Counted from the first letter of the stretch, positions 1-11,785 are shown. The stretch: DNA of 64,000 bases from Eledone cirrhosa (GCA_964016885.1 OZ024744.1:59148001-59212000); one strand, 5' to 3'. The notes: generated from the letters alone by a model not told the origin. Program-made: numbers and translations.

Positions 1-1466
1 AACAAGAACTAGATCATGATAAGCCATCCTGCTCATACATTCATCTGGACTCAAATGAAAGTTACAGTGACACCGATACAAATACCAGCGATTACAAACC
101 TTCACCTTCACCTTCACCAGAAAAAAAAACGAAAAAGAGAAAACACAGCTCATGCTGCTAACCTAGTAAGAAATACTAAATTACCTAGTAGAAAAGCAGC
201 AGCAGTTTGCAACGAATTTAAAGGTGGTGGTATTAAGGTGAGCACCCCGAGTCAGTCGGCAGTGCACAAAGCAGAGGTGAGAAACTCATGGAAAAGTGGA
301 AAAAATGAACTCAAAAGGGAAAAATAGAGCCTTCATTTTGATGGAAAACGAATGAGAGACGTAGAATATCAGGTTGTAGTGATAAAAAATGATGAGAAAG
401 AAATACGCCTGAGGCCGATGGCATTAACCGATGGAAAGGTTCTTACTATATTTAATAGATTGAAAGAAGTTATTGACAAATATGAACTGTAGGAATCTAT
501 CGTGATGATAGTCTCCGACACAACTAGTGTCAATACCGGCAAAAAGGCAGGAGTTGTTGCCATGCTCAACAGTGAGTTCGCGCGTCGCGGTTACAGCAAG
601 CCATTATATGTTGGATGCCAGCACCACATTTTAGACCGTGCATTGAAAGTTTATTTTGATTAACTATATAGTAGCAAAACAACTTCGCTATATATCAATT
701 ATTACTTTGTTGAGGCCATTTTAAAGAACTATGACGAACTGAAGCAGAACATTTCAAATGGAACGACGGAAATTAATGAAACCTCGACGCGCTGGAGAAG
801 TGACATGGATTTCCTTCAGCATCTCATGATAGCCGTGCAACATTTCTTTGAAAACGGTGCGTTACCTAAAATAAATTTTTGAGAAATTACCTAATTTGCA
901 CAATGTTCGTTGGAATAGACAAGCAATTTATTTGTTGCTTGGGTTTATTTTGATGCCTGATGAACGAGCGAAGCTGCGCGCTGGTGCCGAATACATCTGC
1001 GGAATGTGGGGGAAAATGTGGTTTTCAAGTCAACTGTATAGAGCTGACAGCAAGCAGAAACTCATTGACCAACTAATTAAGGCCAAGTGTGAAAAGGCTG
1101 CAAACACCGTCAGACAATTTTGGTCTAATAAAGAATCTCCAATTGTGACGCAACGCTCGAACATTTGCGCTGAGCGGGCTGTAAAAGTTGTGCAGGACCT
1201 TTTGCCATTTTGTAAAAGTAGTAGAACCTTAGAGATCAAATTTTGTTTAACTAATAATTAAAACAAATTTTTTATTGTCATAATTTATTGTTTTAGGTAT
1301 TTATTTTATGGGACTGGCTAATTACCAAAAAATTAAAAATATAATTTAGTATGTGCAAGAATTTTTTTCAAGATTTACAAAAAAACTACTGTGATTCTTT
1401 CTTTATGACAAAAACCTCATTAGAAAATAGCATGCTCATATGGGGTTGTAAAAAATCATATGCCTA
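1..1466 (+). mobile_element. 3' part of a degenerate hAT-superfamily (hATm-like) DNA transposon; pseudogenised DDE transposase
   Basis: Translating through stops and frameshifts gives SLHFDGK (~328), IVSDTTSVNTG (~510), YVGCQHHILD (~607) and RSNICAERAVKVVQD (~1154), i.e. the D/D/CxHH/E layout. The sequence ends ...CATATGCCTA at 1466 (reverse complement starts TAGG) and then switches abruptly to a different repeat. Confidence 0.65.
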
Positions 1467-1682
1467 ATATACACATGTACAGATAAATAAGCATATACAC
1501 ATGCACACATACAACTCAAAACATACACATCCACACATACAATAACATCCATATCTACACCTGCATATATACATATCTATCTAGTTGATGTTGTGTAAAT
1601 TCCAATGAGAGTCTTGTGTCTATGTTAGAAACCGACTCTCTCTCTATTGGTAAAACTTTGTGAAATTATAAAACCAGAAGAA
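1467..1682 (+). mobile_element. 3' UTR remnant of an R4/Dong-clade RLE LINE
   Basis: Near-identical to the 3' UTR at 39683-39903. Ends GTGAAATTATAAAACCAGAAGAA, directly before (CATA)n. Confidence 0.8.
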
Positions 1683-1789
1683 CATACATACATACATACA
1701 TACATACATACATACATACACACATACATACATACATACATACATACATACATACATACATACATACATACATACATACATACATACAT
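1683..1789. repeat. (CATA)n microsatellite between a Dong-like 3' end and the 3' end of an RTE-derived element
   Basis: Direct tetranucleotide repeat. Confidence 0.97.
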
Positions 1790-2196
1790 GGTGGCTGCCA
1801 ACTCGTTTTCGAGTACGGCCACTACCTTATATCCATGTAGGAGAACCCCTACCGATGCGCTGAACGAGTGTGACATTTTAGTCCAGCCAGCGACTTGAAA
1901 ACTCTGGTACAAACACTACACTTGTGACAATTATTGACACATAGTGCTGGGCCCATGGTACCATGTAACGACAAGTGCAGAGAGATCTCCAGATATAAAG
2001 CAATGCCTGTGCCGTGAAGCTTTTATAGTGAGCAAAGGCACTGCACAAAGCCAGTCCCACTCTCCTAACCAAGATGATATTTACCAAAAAGAAGAACAAG
2101 TCAACATCATTGGATACCATCAGGGTTGCAGGTGTTATATCAGAGTTTTCCTTCTCCTAGAATTCTGCCTTGACAAAGGCTAAGGGGTCATCTCTC
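1790..2196 (-). mobile_element. RTE-derived bipartite non-autonomous retroelement, 5'-truncated
   Basis: The minus strand carries the RTE-type 5'UTR motif CTAGGAGAAGGAAAACTCTGA, a remnant C-terminal zinc finger ([16 protein letters not shown]), a terminal hairpin CTCG-AAAA-CGAG and an (ATGT)n tail. About nine copies occur in the window. Confidence 0.75.
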
Positions 2197-2281
2197 ATAC
2201 ATACATACATACATACATACATACATACATACATACATACATACATACATACATACATACATACATACATACATACATACA

Positions 2282-2771
2282 TGAAAATTAACCTGAAAAT
2301 AAAAACTGCCACCAACCTGAAAATAAAAACTGCCACCAAATTAAAGCACAACTGGCCTGATATTGTTGTTTGGGACCACACATTGAAAACGTGTTCTGTT
2401 GTGGAGATCAGCTGCCCACTTGTGTAAACGTTGTCAGAAAAATACAGGAGAAGGGGGACATCTACGGACCATTGATGAGGAGTTTACAAATCCATTATCC
2501 AAGATACACCTTTAGCTTCATACCCATCATTATTGGTGCTACGGGTTATATACCAACCCGCTTGGACCAAAGTATGACTGAACTTGGATTTGCGGACAAA
2601 GAGCGCAGCTCCCTAATTCATAGTCTACAAATGGCTGCGATAGCCGGCACCTTCAAAATTTGCAAAACATTCTTGCGATTCAAAGGATGACAATTTCTTT
2701 TCTTTTACAACCTTGCCACCAGGGAGGTGGCCGGTCAAAAGAATATACTCGAAATTAAGAGAAAGAGATAA
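2282..2771 (+). mobile_element. 5'-truncated R4/Dong-clade LINE (second subfamily), RLE domain plus 3' UTR
   Basis: HNWPDIVVWDHTLKTCSVVEISCP (PD..E/D RLE motif), then a frameshift, then PIIIGATG...KICKTF. Homologous to 39256-39675. Flanked by (CATA)n on both sides, with a short tandem duplication at the 5' end. Confidence 0.85.
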
Positions 2772-3292
2772 CATACATACACACATACACACATACATAC
2801 ATACATACATACATACATACATACATACATACATACATACACACATACATACATACATACATACATAGATACACACACACACATTCATATATACATACAC
2901 ACACACATACACACATACATACATACATACATACATACATACATACATACATACATACATACATACAAACAGACACACGCACACAGATACATACATACAC
3001 ACACATACATACATACATACATACAGACACACACACATACATACATACATACACACACATACATACATACATACATACATACACACACACATACATACAC
3101 ACACACGCACGCACACACATACATACATACATACATACATACACACATACATACATACATAGATACACACACACATTCATATATAGATACACACACACAT
3201 ACATACATACATACATACATACATACAAACAGACACACGCACACAGATACATACATACACACACATACATACATACATACATACAGACACAC

Positions 3293-3323
<31 letters not shown>

Positions 3324-3432
3324 TACATACATACATACATACACACACACATACATACACACACACGCACGCACACACATACATACATACATACATACAT
3401 ACATACATACATACATACATACATACATACAT
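2772..3432. repeat. Compound (CATA)n/(CA)n microsatellite with a higher-order internal duplication
   Basis: Direct repeats. The block at ~2870-3130 recurs at ~3160-3430. Confidence 0.95.
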
Positions 3433-4044
3433 GGTGGTGGCTGCCAACTCGTTTTCGAGTACGGCCACTACTTTATATCCATGTAGGAGAACCCCTACCG
3501 ATGCGCTGAACGAGTGTGAATTTTTAGTCCAGCCAGCGACTTGAAAACTCTGGTACAAACATTACACCTGTGACAATTATTGACACATAGTGCTGGGCCC
3601 ATGGTACCATGTGATGACAAGTGCAGAGAGATCTCCAGATATAAAGCAATGCCTGTGCCGTGATGCTTTTATAGTGAGCAAAGGCACTGCACAAAGCCAG
3701 TCCCACTCTCTTAACCAAGATGATATTTACCAAAAAGAAGAACAAGTCAACATCATTGGATACCATCAGGGTTGCAGGTGTTACATCAGAGTTTTCCTTC
3801 TCCTAGAATTCTGCCTTGACAAAGGTTAAGGGGTCATCTCTCCCGGTGATTTTGGATGGCCATTGACTCTTAAGAGCTCCTTTGCCCTTTGACAGGTTTT
3901 GTTTTTAGTCCTGCAGGATGTCCAAAGTCACCCTCCTCACCAAGAAACCTTGGTGGGGTTGCCAGTTTAGTCGCCAACGACCCGACCATGAGACAGGTTG
4001 TACTGGGATACATGTTACCAGTAGCACCAACTGGTGACCTGGCA
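3433..4044 (-). mobile_element. Apparently full-length (~610 bp) RTE-derived bipartite non-autonomous element
   Basis: Longest copy. Its 5' end coincides with those of the copies ending at 11785 and 18250. Confidence 0.8.
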
Positions 4045-4233
4045 TAACATATATATATATACATATACATATATACATATATATACATATACATATATAC
4101 ATATATATACATATACATATATACATATATATACATACATACATACACATACACATATATATATATATATATATACACACATACATACAAACATACACAC
4201 ATACACACATACACACATATACATATATATATT

Positions 4234-4633
4234 GTGGCTGCCAACTCGTTTTCGAGTACGGCCACTACTTTATATCCATGTAGGAGAACCCCTACCGGTG
4301 CGCTGAACGAGTGTGAATTTTTAGTCCAGCCAGCGACTTGAAAACTCTGGTACAAACACTACACCTGTGACAATTATTGACACATAGTGCTGGGCCCATG
4401 GTACCATGTGACGACAAGTGCAGAGAGATCTCCAGATATAAAGCAATGCCTGTGCTGTGAAGCTTTTATAGTGAGCAAAGGCACTGCACAAAGCCAGTCC
4501 CACTCTCTTAACCAAGATGATATTTACCAAAAAGAAGAACAAGTCAACATCATTGGATACCATCAGGGTTGCAGGTGTTATATCAGAGTTTTCCTTCTCC
4601 TAGAATTCTGCCTTGTCAAAGGCTAAGGGGTCA
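4234..4633 (-). mobile_element. RTE-derived bipartite element, 5'-truncated
   Basis: Near-identical to 1790-2196. Confidence 0.8.
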
Positions 4634-4890
4634 TATGTTGATTTAAAACTGCACTATCCACAAGTGTTTTTTAGCCTTCATATCATGTCCTCCTGTTTTA
4701 TCTGATGAAAACACAAATATTATTGCATGATGATGTTTGTTTTTGAAATGCGCATAATAAAATACATGGAACTCCTTTAACCATCTTTTGATCTTATATA
4801 TTATGTAGACTCCAGTCCTACAAACTGTAGAGTGCTTCTTATCCGATATCTGCATTGCTTTATTGTACTACAATAAAACTCACCTCCTAC
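4634..4890 (+). mobile_element. Hammerhead-bearing short element, family A (probably PLE-derived), one arm only
   Basis: Reverse complement of 16189-16445. Followed by (TA)n. Confidence 0.75.
4696..4762 (+). ncRNA. Type I hammerhead ribozyme motif with intact core
   Basis: Stem I TTTTAT (4696-4701) pairs with ATAAAA (4757-4762). CTGATGA 4702-4708; long stem II 4709-4744; GAAA 4745-4748; palindromic stem III ATGCGCAT; cleavage triplet ATA ending at 4756. Confidence 0.8.
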
Positions 4891-4929
<39 letters not shown>

Positions 4930-4996
4930 TATACCAGATAGAAAAATGCGTACAGCAAAAAAAAAGCAACATTGTTGGAACACAAACCTTCAAAAA

Positions 4997-5199
4997 CATA
5001 CATACATACATACATACATACATACATACATACATACATACATACATACATACATACATACATACATACATACATACATACATACATACGTAATATAAAA
5101 TGAAATAACATAAACTGAGCATTTATTGTATTAATCACCGCTATCCTCAACATCGCCGCCGCCACCACAATCACCACCACCACCACCACCACCACCACC

Positions 5200-5244
<45 letters not shown>

Positions 5245-5334
5245 TACCATACAAATACAGCCAATTTTAAGGCCAGTATACAATGGTACCGCCTTCATTC
5301 CCACCACGATCATCATCTTTATCTGGAGGCTATC

Positions 5335-5392
<58 letters not shown>

Positions 5393-5404
5393 GCAACAAC
5401 AACA
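4997..5404. repeat. Cluster of (CATA)n, (CAC)n/(CAT)n and (AAC)n microsatellites
   Basis: Direct simple repeats. Confidence 0.95.
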
Positions 5405-5488
5405 TTGGTGTAATGATAACTGTTTAACATATAAAACAAAAGAGTACAGATAATTATAGACAATGCAAGTATGTAATTTGCCAGTGTA

Positions 5489-5566
<78 letters not shown>

Positions 5567-5648
5567 TATACACCCTACCCCCCCTCTATCTCTCTCTCTC
5601 ACTCAATATATATATATATATGTATATATGTATATATATATATGTATA

Positions 5649-5739
<91 letters not shown>

Positions 5740-5742
<3 letters not shown>

Positions 5743-6190
5743 AAAGTTCTATTTAAAATTGTTGGGATACAACAAGTAAATATTTTTATAACTGATATAA
5801 AGCACTCGACAAGTATTTGGAGTAGATATACGATATTAATAAATGGAAACTATATTTATAAAACCATATTTATTTCATTATACATATTTCAGGGATACCA
5901 AATTAAATTATGGTATGCCTTCATACCGTCTTTTTCTTTCTCTCCGTCTTTTTCTAATTGTCCTTAACACTAAGACTTATTAAAATAATATAAACAATTC
6001 ACTATCCAGATGCCTTCCAAAAATAATGGTTGCATTTTAAAAGGGTACGTCAAAACTTATTTGTAAAACTGTTATATATTGTATTTTGTCTGATGAAGGC
6101 ATACCATAATTTAATTTGGTATCCCTGAAATATGTATAATGAAATAAATATGGTTTTATAAATATAGTTTCCATTTATTAATATCGTATA
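5740..6190. mobile_element. (TA)n-flanked fold-back element with ~98-bp inverted arms (5826-5924 / 6093-6190) and a hammerhead-like core
   Basis: The arms are near-perfect reverse complements. CTGATGA-stem-GAAA lies at 6090-6130. Confidence 0.65.
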
Positions 6191-6193
6191 TAC

Positions 6194-6246
<53 letters not shown>

Positions 6247-6260
6247 TATATATGTATATA

Positions 6261-6350
<90 letters not shown>

Positions 6351-6353
<3 letters not shown>

Positions 6354-6632
6354 TTCAGTTTTTGTTTTAAGCTTTTACCGGTTGCGCATTTCTAATGCTT
6401 TTCAAAAATAATTTTGAGATAGGGCGCCGTGATATATATATATATATATATATATTAGAGCAAACATCACGGGCGCCCTATCTCAAAATTATTTTTGAAA
6501 AGCATTAGAAATGCGCAACCGGTAAAAACTTAAAACTAAAACTGAAACCAATACTTATTACTAATTTTTACTTATTCCTAATTAAACTATTTTTCACTGG
6601 GAACAATTTGTCAGCATTTTCTTTTCCTTTTA

Positions 6633-6635
<3 letters not shown>
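6351..6635. repeat. (TA)n-embedded inverted-repeat element (arms ~6354-6433 / 6466-6546)
   Basis: The arms are reverse complements. Contains GAAATGCGCA, as in the family A stem III. Confidence 0.7.
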
Positions 6636-6663
<28 letters not shown>

Positions 6664-6673
<10 letters not shown>

Positions 6674-6937
6674 AGATCAAAAGATGGTTAAAAGAGTTCC
6701 ATGTATTTTATTATGCGCATTTCAAAAACAAATATCATCATGCAATATCATCATGCAATATCATCATGCAATGACATTTTGTAAGGAGACATGATATGAA
6801 GGTTAAAAAACACTTGTGAATAGTGCAGTTTTAAATCAACATATCATGTTGATTTAAATCAACATATGTTATTGCATGATGATATTTGTTTTTGAAATGC
6901 GCATAATAAAATACATGGAACTCTTTTAACCATCTTT
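6664..6937 (-). mobile_element. Family A fold-back element; hammerhead core deleted
   Basis: Matches 16276-16540, including the hinge GTTGATTTAAATCAAC. The CTGATGA segment is replaced by a 13-bp tandem expansion. Confidence 0.75.
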
Positions 6938-7056
6938 CGAAACGGCTTGAGCTCTACCGTCGGGGTCATACTTTTCCTATTTCCCACTCTACTACCCTAA
7001 GTATTGAGTACTCTGGTGCGTTATGGTCCATCTGGTTCCTTACCACAACTCCTTCG

Positions 7057-7235
<179 letters not shown>

Positions 7236-7554
7236 ATATACAAGTGTCATAGCACAGAGAGGTGTGAGAGGGAAAAATATGGACCCGATGGGGAAGATAA
7301 AGAACATCCGAGGATGGGTATTATTCTTTCTTTTCGTTTTATTTTCCTTTTCGTTTTTGCTGTTGTTGTTGTTGTTGTTTTTTTTGTTTTCTTTTTCTTC
7401 TAAAGTATCCTATCGCTACCACCATCACCAATCTCTCGTTTCCCCTATTCCCACTCTTCAAAACCACTAACACTCCCTCGCCACCAATCTTCTTCTACGT
7501 TACATATATTGACATTTGCGACTTCTAAATATCATAATTGAGATGAGAAAAACA

Positions 7555-7588
<34 letters not shown>

Positions 7589-8089
7589 TACATGAGACGT
7601 GGTGATGTAAGGTGAGGTGTGGGCAGTTTGATGTCAAGGAGGAGCAGGAGGAGATGTTGTGTATGCATATGTATATAAATGAGAAATGAATATACATTGC
7701 ACGCATATGCAGACACATACACATACATCCACAAAGAAACAGACAGACACACACACATGAATATATTCTCAATTAATATATCCTGTTATATACCGTTTAA
7801 ACTTATGCTTGATGCTTTGTACTGACAAACATTTTGGGTATCTATTTTATATGCGTTAATTACACCTAAAATTATATACATATGTATATACACGAATATA
7901 CAGAAATACGTATAATAATAAATGTGATTACGTAACTTCCGTCTTAACGGTTTTTTTTTTTCTTTTTCGTATATGCAGTATCCGTCGTGCCGGGGTTGAA
8001 TAAAATAATGAAATTTTATTCAAAACATATATTTTCTGAATACTTATTGTGATTAGTCATTTTAATAAAACTAATGGAAATGAATAGGC

Positions 8090-8370
8090 GAAAAAATATT
8101 ACAAGCTTCCTTACGTGACAGGAAGAGCAACACCTGGATTTGATGGCAGACTATAACATGAATAACATAATCGAGACCATCAAGAAGGGCTAACATAGAT
8201 GATCTGGCTACGTCTTTCGTCTCAGAGACAGTAGGTGGATTATTATAGATTGGACACCAAGGCAGTGGAGAAGAACCAAAGGGCAGCCAGATGGCGCCAT
8301 GATCTGATACCTCGGCCCCATGTGGCCCAGTATGACAGGAAGCGGTGAAGGTCACCCAGGGAGGCCCCGG
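8090..8370 (+). mobile_element. Decayed RTE LINE 3' fragment
   Basis: Translates to IIETIKKG*HR*SGYVFRLRDSRWIIIDWTPRQWRRTKGQP, an RTE ORF C-terminus pattern. Confidence 0.55.
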
Positions 8371-8387
8371 ATTTGGATTTAGATATA

Positions 8388-8787
8388 CAGGGTGTCCCAA
8401 AAGAATTTGACATAATTTCGCAGGCCATTCTTGGCAATTCTTGTTGAAATAACCTCAAATTTTCACAGAATGTATAGAAACAGATCAAGATTTTATATTT
8501 AATGTTTTATATTTTTCTCTTTTCAGGTTGAGAAATGCCGTTCACTTCCAAAGAAAAGTCATTTTGCGTCTTGGAATATGTCTTCAATGCAAAATTTGGA
8601 AAAAAAGTCACCAACTGGTAAACAGATTTGGACCTGGTACCAAAAATTTAAAGAAGAAGGCTGCTTTTGCAGGGCTAAAGGATCTAGAAGACCATCATCA
8701 ACATCAGAAGAGAAGGTCGAGCAAGTTCGTGAAAAACTCTTGCGAAGCCCTAAGAAGTCCGTAATGAGAACAAGTTTGGAAACCCAA
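8388..8787 (+). mobile_element. Tc1/mariner 5' fragment (TIR plus N-terminal HTH, DUF4817-like)
   Basis: TA|CAGGGTGTCCCA terminus. From ATG 8535, with a frameshift: MPFTSKEKSFCVLEY...PTGKQIWTWYQKFKEEG..RPSSTSEEKVEQVREKLLRSPKKS. Confidence 0.75.
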
Positions 8788-9385
8788 AGATGGATCTCCT
8801 CACCAATGGAGCCTGTTTCTTCCAGAGGAACTTGAAGAGTAGGCGTTCCATCTTGGTGAGGTGTTCGCGGGGACAAAGCACGACTGTCAAGCGGTAGTAG
8901 ATGACGGACGTTATGTAAGTGTTCTCCACCTCCGCTCGACCTTTCAAGGAGAGTTTGCACTCAGCCCACTTCTGGGTGAGTGCAAACACCTTCGCCGTGA
9001 CCTCATTTCAGTTCTTGTCCACCTGGAGGTTTGGACGAAGCCAAACCCCGAGCAATTTCACCGGTCCTTTCGTCCAGCGTCCAACGACACTGTCGGAAGC
9101 CAAAGGTTTGCCTCTCCATGTGCCGAGTTGCAAACCGACGGACTTGTTTGGGTTTAGTCTTGCTCCCGTCAACATTTCGTATTCCTGCAGTAGTTGCCGA
9201 TTACCCCGATTTCCGAGGTTTTCGACACCATTACGGTTACGTCGTCGGCATAAGCCGCCGCTGCTTTCCGCGGTCCTGGTTCGATCGGGATGCTCTGCAA
9301 CAGCTCCAACTTCCGTAGTAATGGATCGAGAGTCAGTACATACAGAATGGAGGAGAGAAGGCATCCCTGACGGATGGAACGCATG
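8788..9385 (-). mobile_element. Tx1-clade LINE RT fragment
   Basis: RSIRQGCLLS...AAYADDVTV...GARLNPNKSVGL..KLLGVW. Homologous to the RT at 21919-23673. Confidence 0.9.
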
Positions 9386-9429
9386 ATAGATAGATAGATA
9401 GCAGTTGACCACTGACCTGTTTATTAAAA

Positions 9430-10004
9430 CTGAGTGAAGGAAAGCTAAGTAGAGAAGAAAATATTAAATGACAATTTTCTCGGCATAATTACAATAAATT
9501 GGTTGTCGCATGACCCTTGTGGTTTCGTATCATGATATATTTACATATATATACACGCATGTGTGTCTGTAGTAAAAGACCAATACTTTTTAAGCCGGTA
9601 CAATGCAGCAGAAAAATACGAAGGACAAATGAAACAAAACAAAAGAAAGTAATGTTTACCCAGTGTATTTTGGCATGTTATTTCAGGGCTATTACCTTCT
9701 TTTCAGATGCGAAGCTGAAACAGTCCAAAACAAAACAAAATGGGCGGGGTCGCGACAGTGATCCATTGTTTCGTACATTTCTGACCTATTATTTATCCCT
9801 GGTTTTATTCGGTGGATTAAAATGACCTCTTTCATCCTTAAATTGCCTAAATTCCTTTCAGTCGCCTCTATAGAGACCTCAATGTCTTGGCTGCGGCATC
9901 TGTCAAGATGCTTTTTTTTAAAGGAAGAGGCTCTCATTTTCACATGTTCCTTGATCTGTATGTGTAGCCTCCTTATGGTACTTCCGATGTATATGAAGCC
10001 GTGA
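9430..10004 (-). mobile_element. Penelope-like element 3' fragment (GIY-YIG C-terminal half plus 3' UTR)
   Basis: GFIYIGSTIRRLHIQIKEH...LRMKEVILIHRIKPGINNRSE, followed by a decayed hammerhead-like motif at 9673-9710. Confidence 0.75.
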
Positions 10005-10616
10005 AACTGGAAAAAGGTGTTGCACTGGTTGAACTAAAAGTCAGAGAAAGGCATGATTTCTAGAAAATGATGTTGGTGGTGGAGGTGTTAAACAACAGAA
10101 GTATATTTACATGTGAGTGCAGAGCTGGCTGTGTCATTAAGAAGTTTGCGTAGTATCCAGGTAGGTTTATGTTCAATCACACTGCACACAACACCTTAGG
10201 CAAGTATCTGGTATATATTTATCTTGAAGGTGGTTTACCACTGAAATACAGAGCTATCAGGGAAGTGGAGATTTTGGTACAAAGAACGAGAATAAGGTTG
10301 TGAGCTATTGTGTTTGACTATGTGGTGGGTGGGGCTCATGTAATGATGGGTATGGATATGATCAATCATCTGGGAGGTGTTAAAGCCAGTGAGAACGGGG
10401 TAGTGTTTTGTAGAATGGGGGTAACATATGCCATGAGGGTGCAATAGGAAAGTGGAGAGAGCCCTGAAGAAAGAAATGCTGCACACACAATTGAAAGACA
10501 AAGACTTCCAGTCTGTGTTCAGTGGTGATTGGTGGACAGTTCAGTCGTATTGGAAAGAGTTGAACGATTATGTATCATGTCACGTACACAGTGAGGTTAT
10601 AGATGTTGGGAAACCT

Positions 10617-10630
10617 AATGATGGTGATGG

Positions 10631-10684
<54 letters not shown>

Positions 10685-10802
10685 CGACGACGACGACGAC
10701 GACGATGATAGAAGAAGAAGAAGAAGAAGAAGAAGAAGAAGAAGAAGAAGAAGAAGAAGAAGAAGAAGAAGAAGAAGAAGAAGGTAGTGGTGGTGGTGAT
10801 GA
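10617..10802. repeat. Compound (GAT)n(GAC)n(GAA)n trinucleotide microsatellite
   Basis: Direct repeats. Confidence 0.97.
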
Positions 10803-11180
10803 GTAATAGAGAGATCATCTCTATTAGGGGAGGCTATATGTTCTGCATTCATTGTGGCCTGGCCTTCTGCAGATGGACAGATGATCCATGATGCTAACAG
10901 CAATCTGTCTCGGTAACTTTTGAATTTTTAAAGGTTTTGAATTTTAAAGGCTCATATTTCATATCGACATTTTGGGAGGGAGATGTGTAAATGTGAACCT
11001 TTAAATGCCATAATACTGGTGCCTGATGCCAGTATTCCAAAAGTTTGCGGAAGAGATTTAACAGAATCTCTCTTTCTTTCTGGTTTTTCTTTCAAGTGAG
11101 TTAAAGTTTGGAGCAGGACTTTTGAGAATTTTTCACAAATTTACATGCACACTTACGCACACACACATACAGACAGACAT

Positions 11181-11785
11181 GATGGCTGCTCCCTCGTTAT
11201 CGAGTACGGCCATTGTACGATATAACATTATTAATAAATATCAATTAATTCTATGGTGCAATGCCTGTGCGTGAAGATATTTTTTAAAGTGAGGAAAGAC
11301 TGTGCACTGAGCCAATCCCACACTCTGAGCGACAGTAGCTATAACCCAAAAAGAAGAAAAGACCAACATCATCGGTAACTACTGAGCCGCAGGTTTTATA
11401 TCGGAGTTATCCCTGTTTCCTGAGTTGCCTTCTCCTAGAAGAATGCCTTGAGAAAGGCTAGGGGTCCTTCAATCCCAATGGTTTAACCGTGCGATCGGGT
11501 GTCCATCCCGACTATTCCCCGCGCATATACACACACATGCACCTATGTATATACACATATATATATATATACATACATATGTACATGTGTATATACATAT
11601 TTACACACTCTTATGAGTTCTTCCGCCCTTTATCAGGTTTTGTTTTTTGTCTTGCAGGGTGTCCAAAATCACCCTCCTCACCAAGTAAACTTGGTGGGGT
11701 TGTCGGATTTGTCGCCGACGACCCGACCATGCGACAGATTGTACTGGGTTACATGTTACCAATAGCACTCAAGAGGGACCTGACA
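11181..11785 (-). mobile_element. Divergent subfamily of the RTE-derived bipartite element, interrupted by a TA/CA microsatellite (11522-11606)
   Basis: Same terminal hairpin (CTCG-ATAA-CGAG), CTAGGAGAAGG motif and 5' end as 3433-4044. Confidence 0.7.

Noticed and set aside
1944-2183. Recurrent 79-aa ORF MLGPWYHV... (also 3590, 4387, 40655) resembling a multicopy gene
   Set aside because: It is an antisense reading of the RTE-derived repeat with a non-ATG start; its conservation reflects repeat identity.
8559-8989. ORFs fusing mariner and Tx1 sequence
   Set aside because: Chance read-through across a junction of two fragments in opposite orientation; both are frameshifted.
10004-10600. Unique-looking stretch, possibly a LINE endonuclease remnant or exon
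   Set aside because: No motif I could identify with confidence.
10452-10903. Poly-D/poly-R/poly-E protein
   Set aside because: Trinucleotide microsatellite; no splice or homology support.
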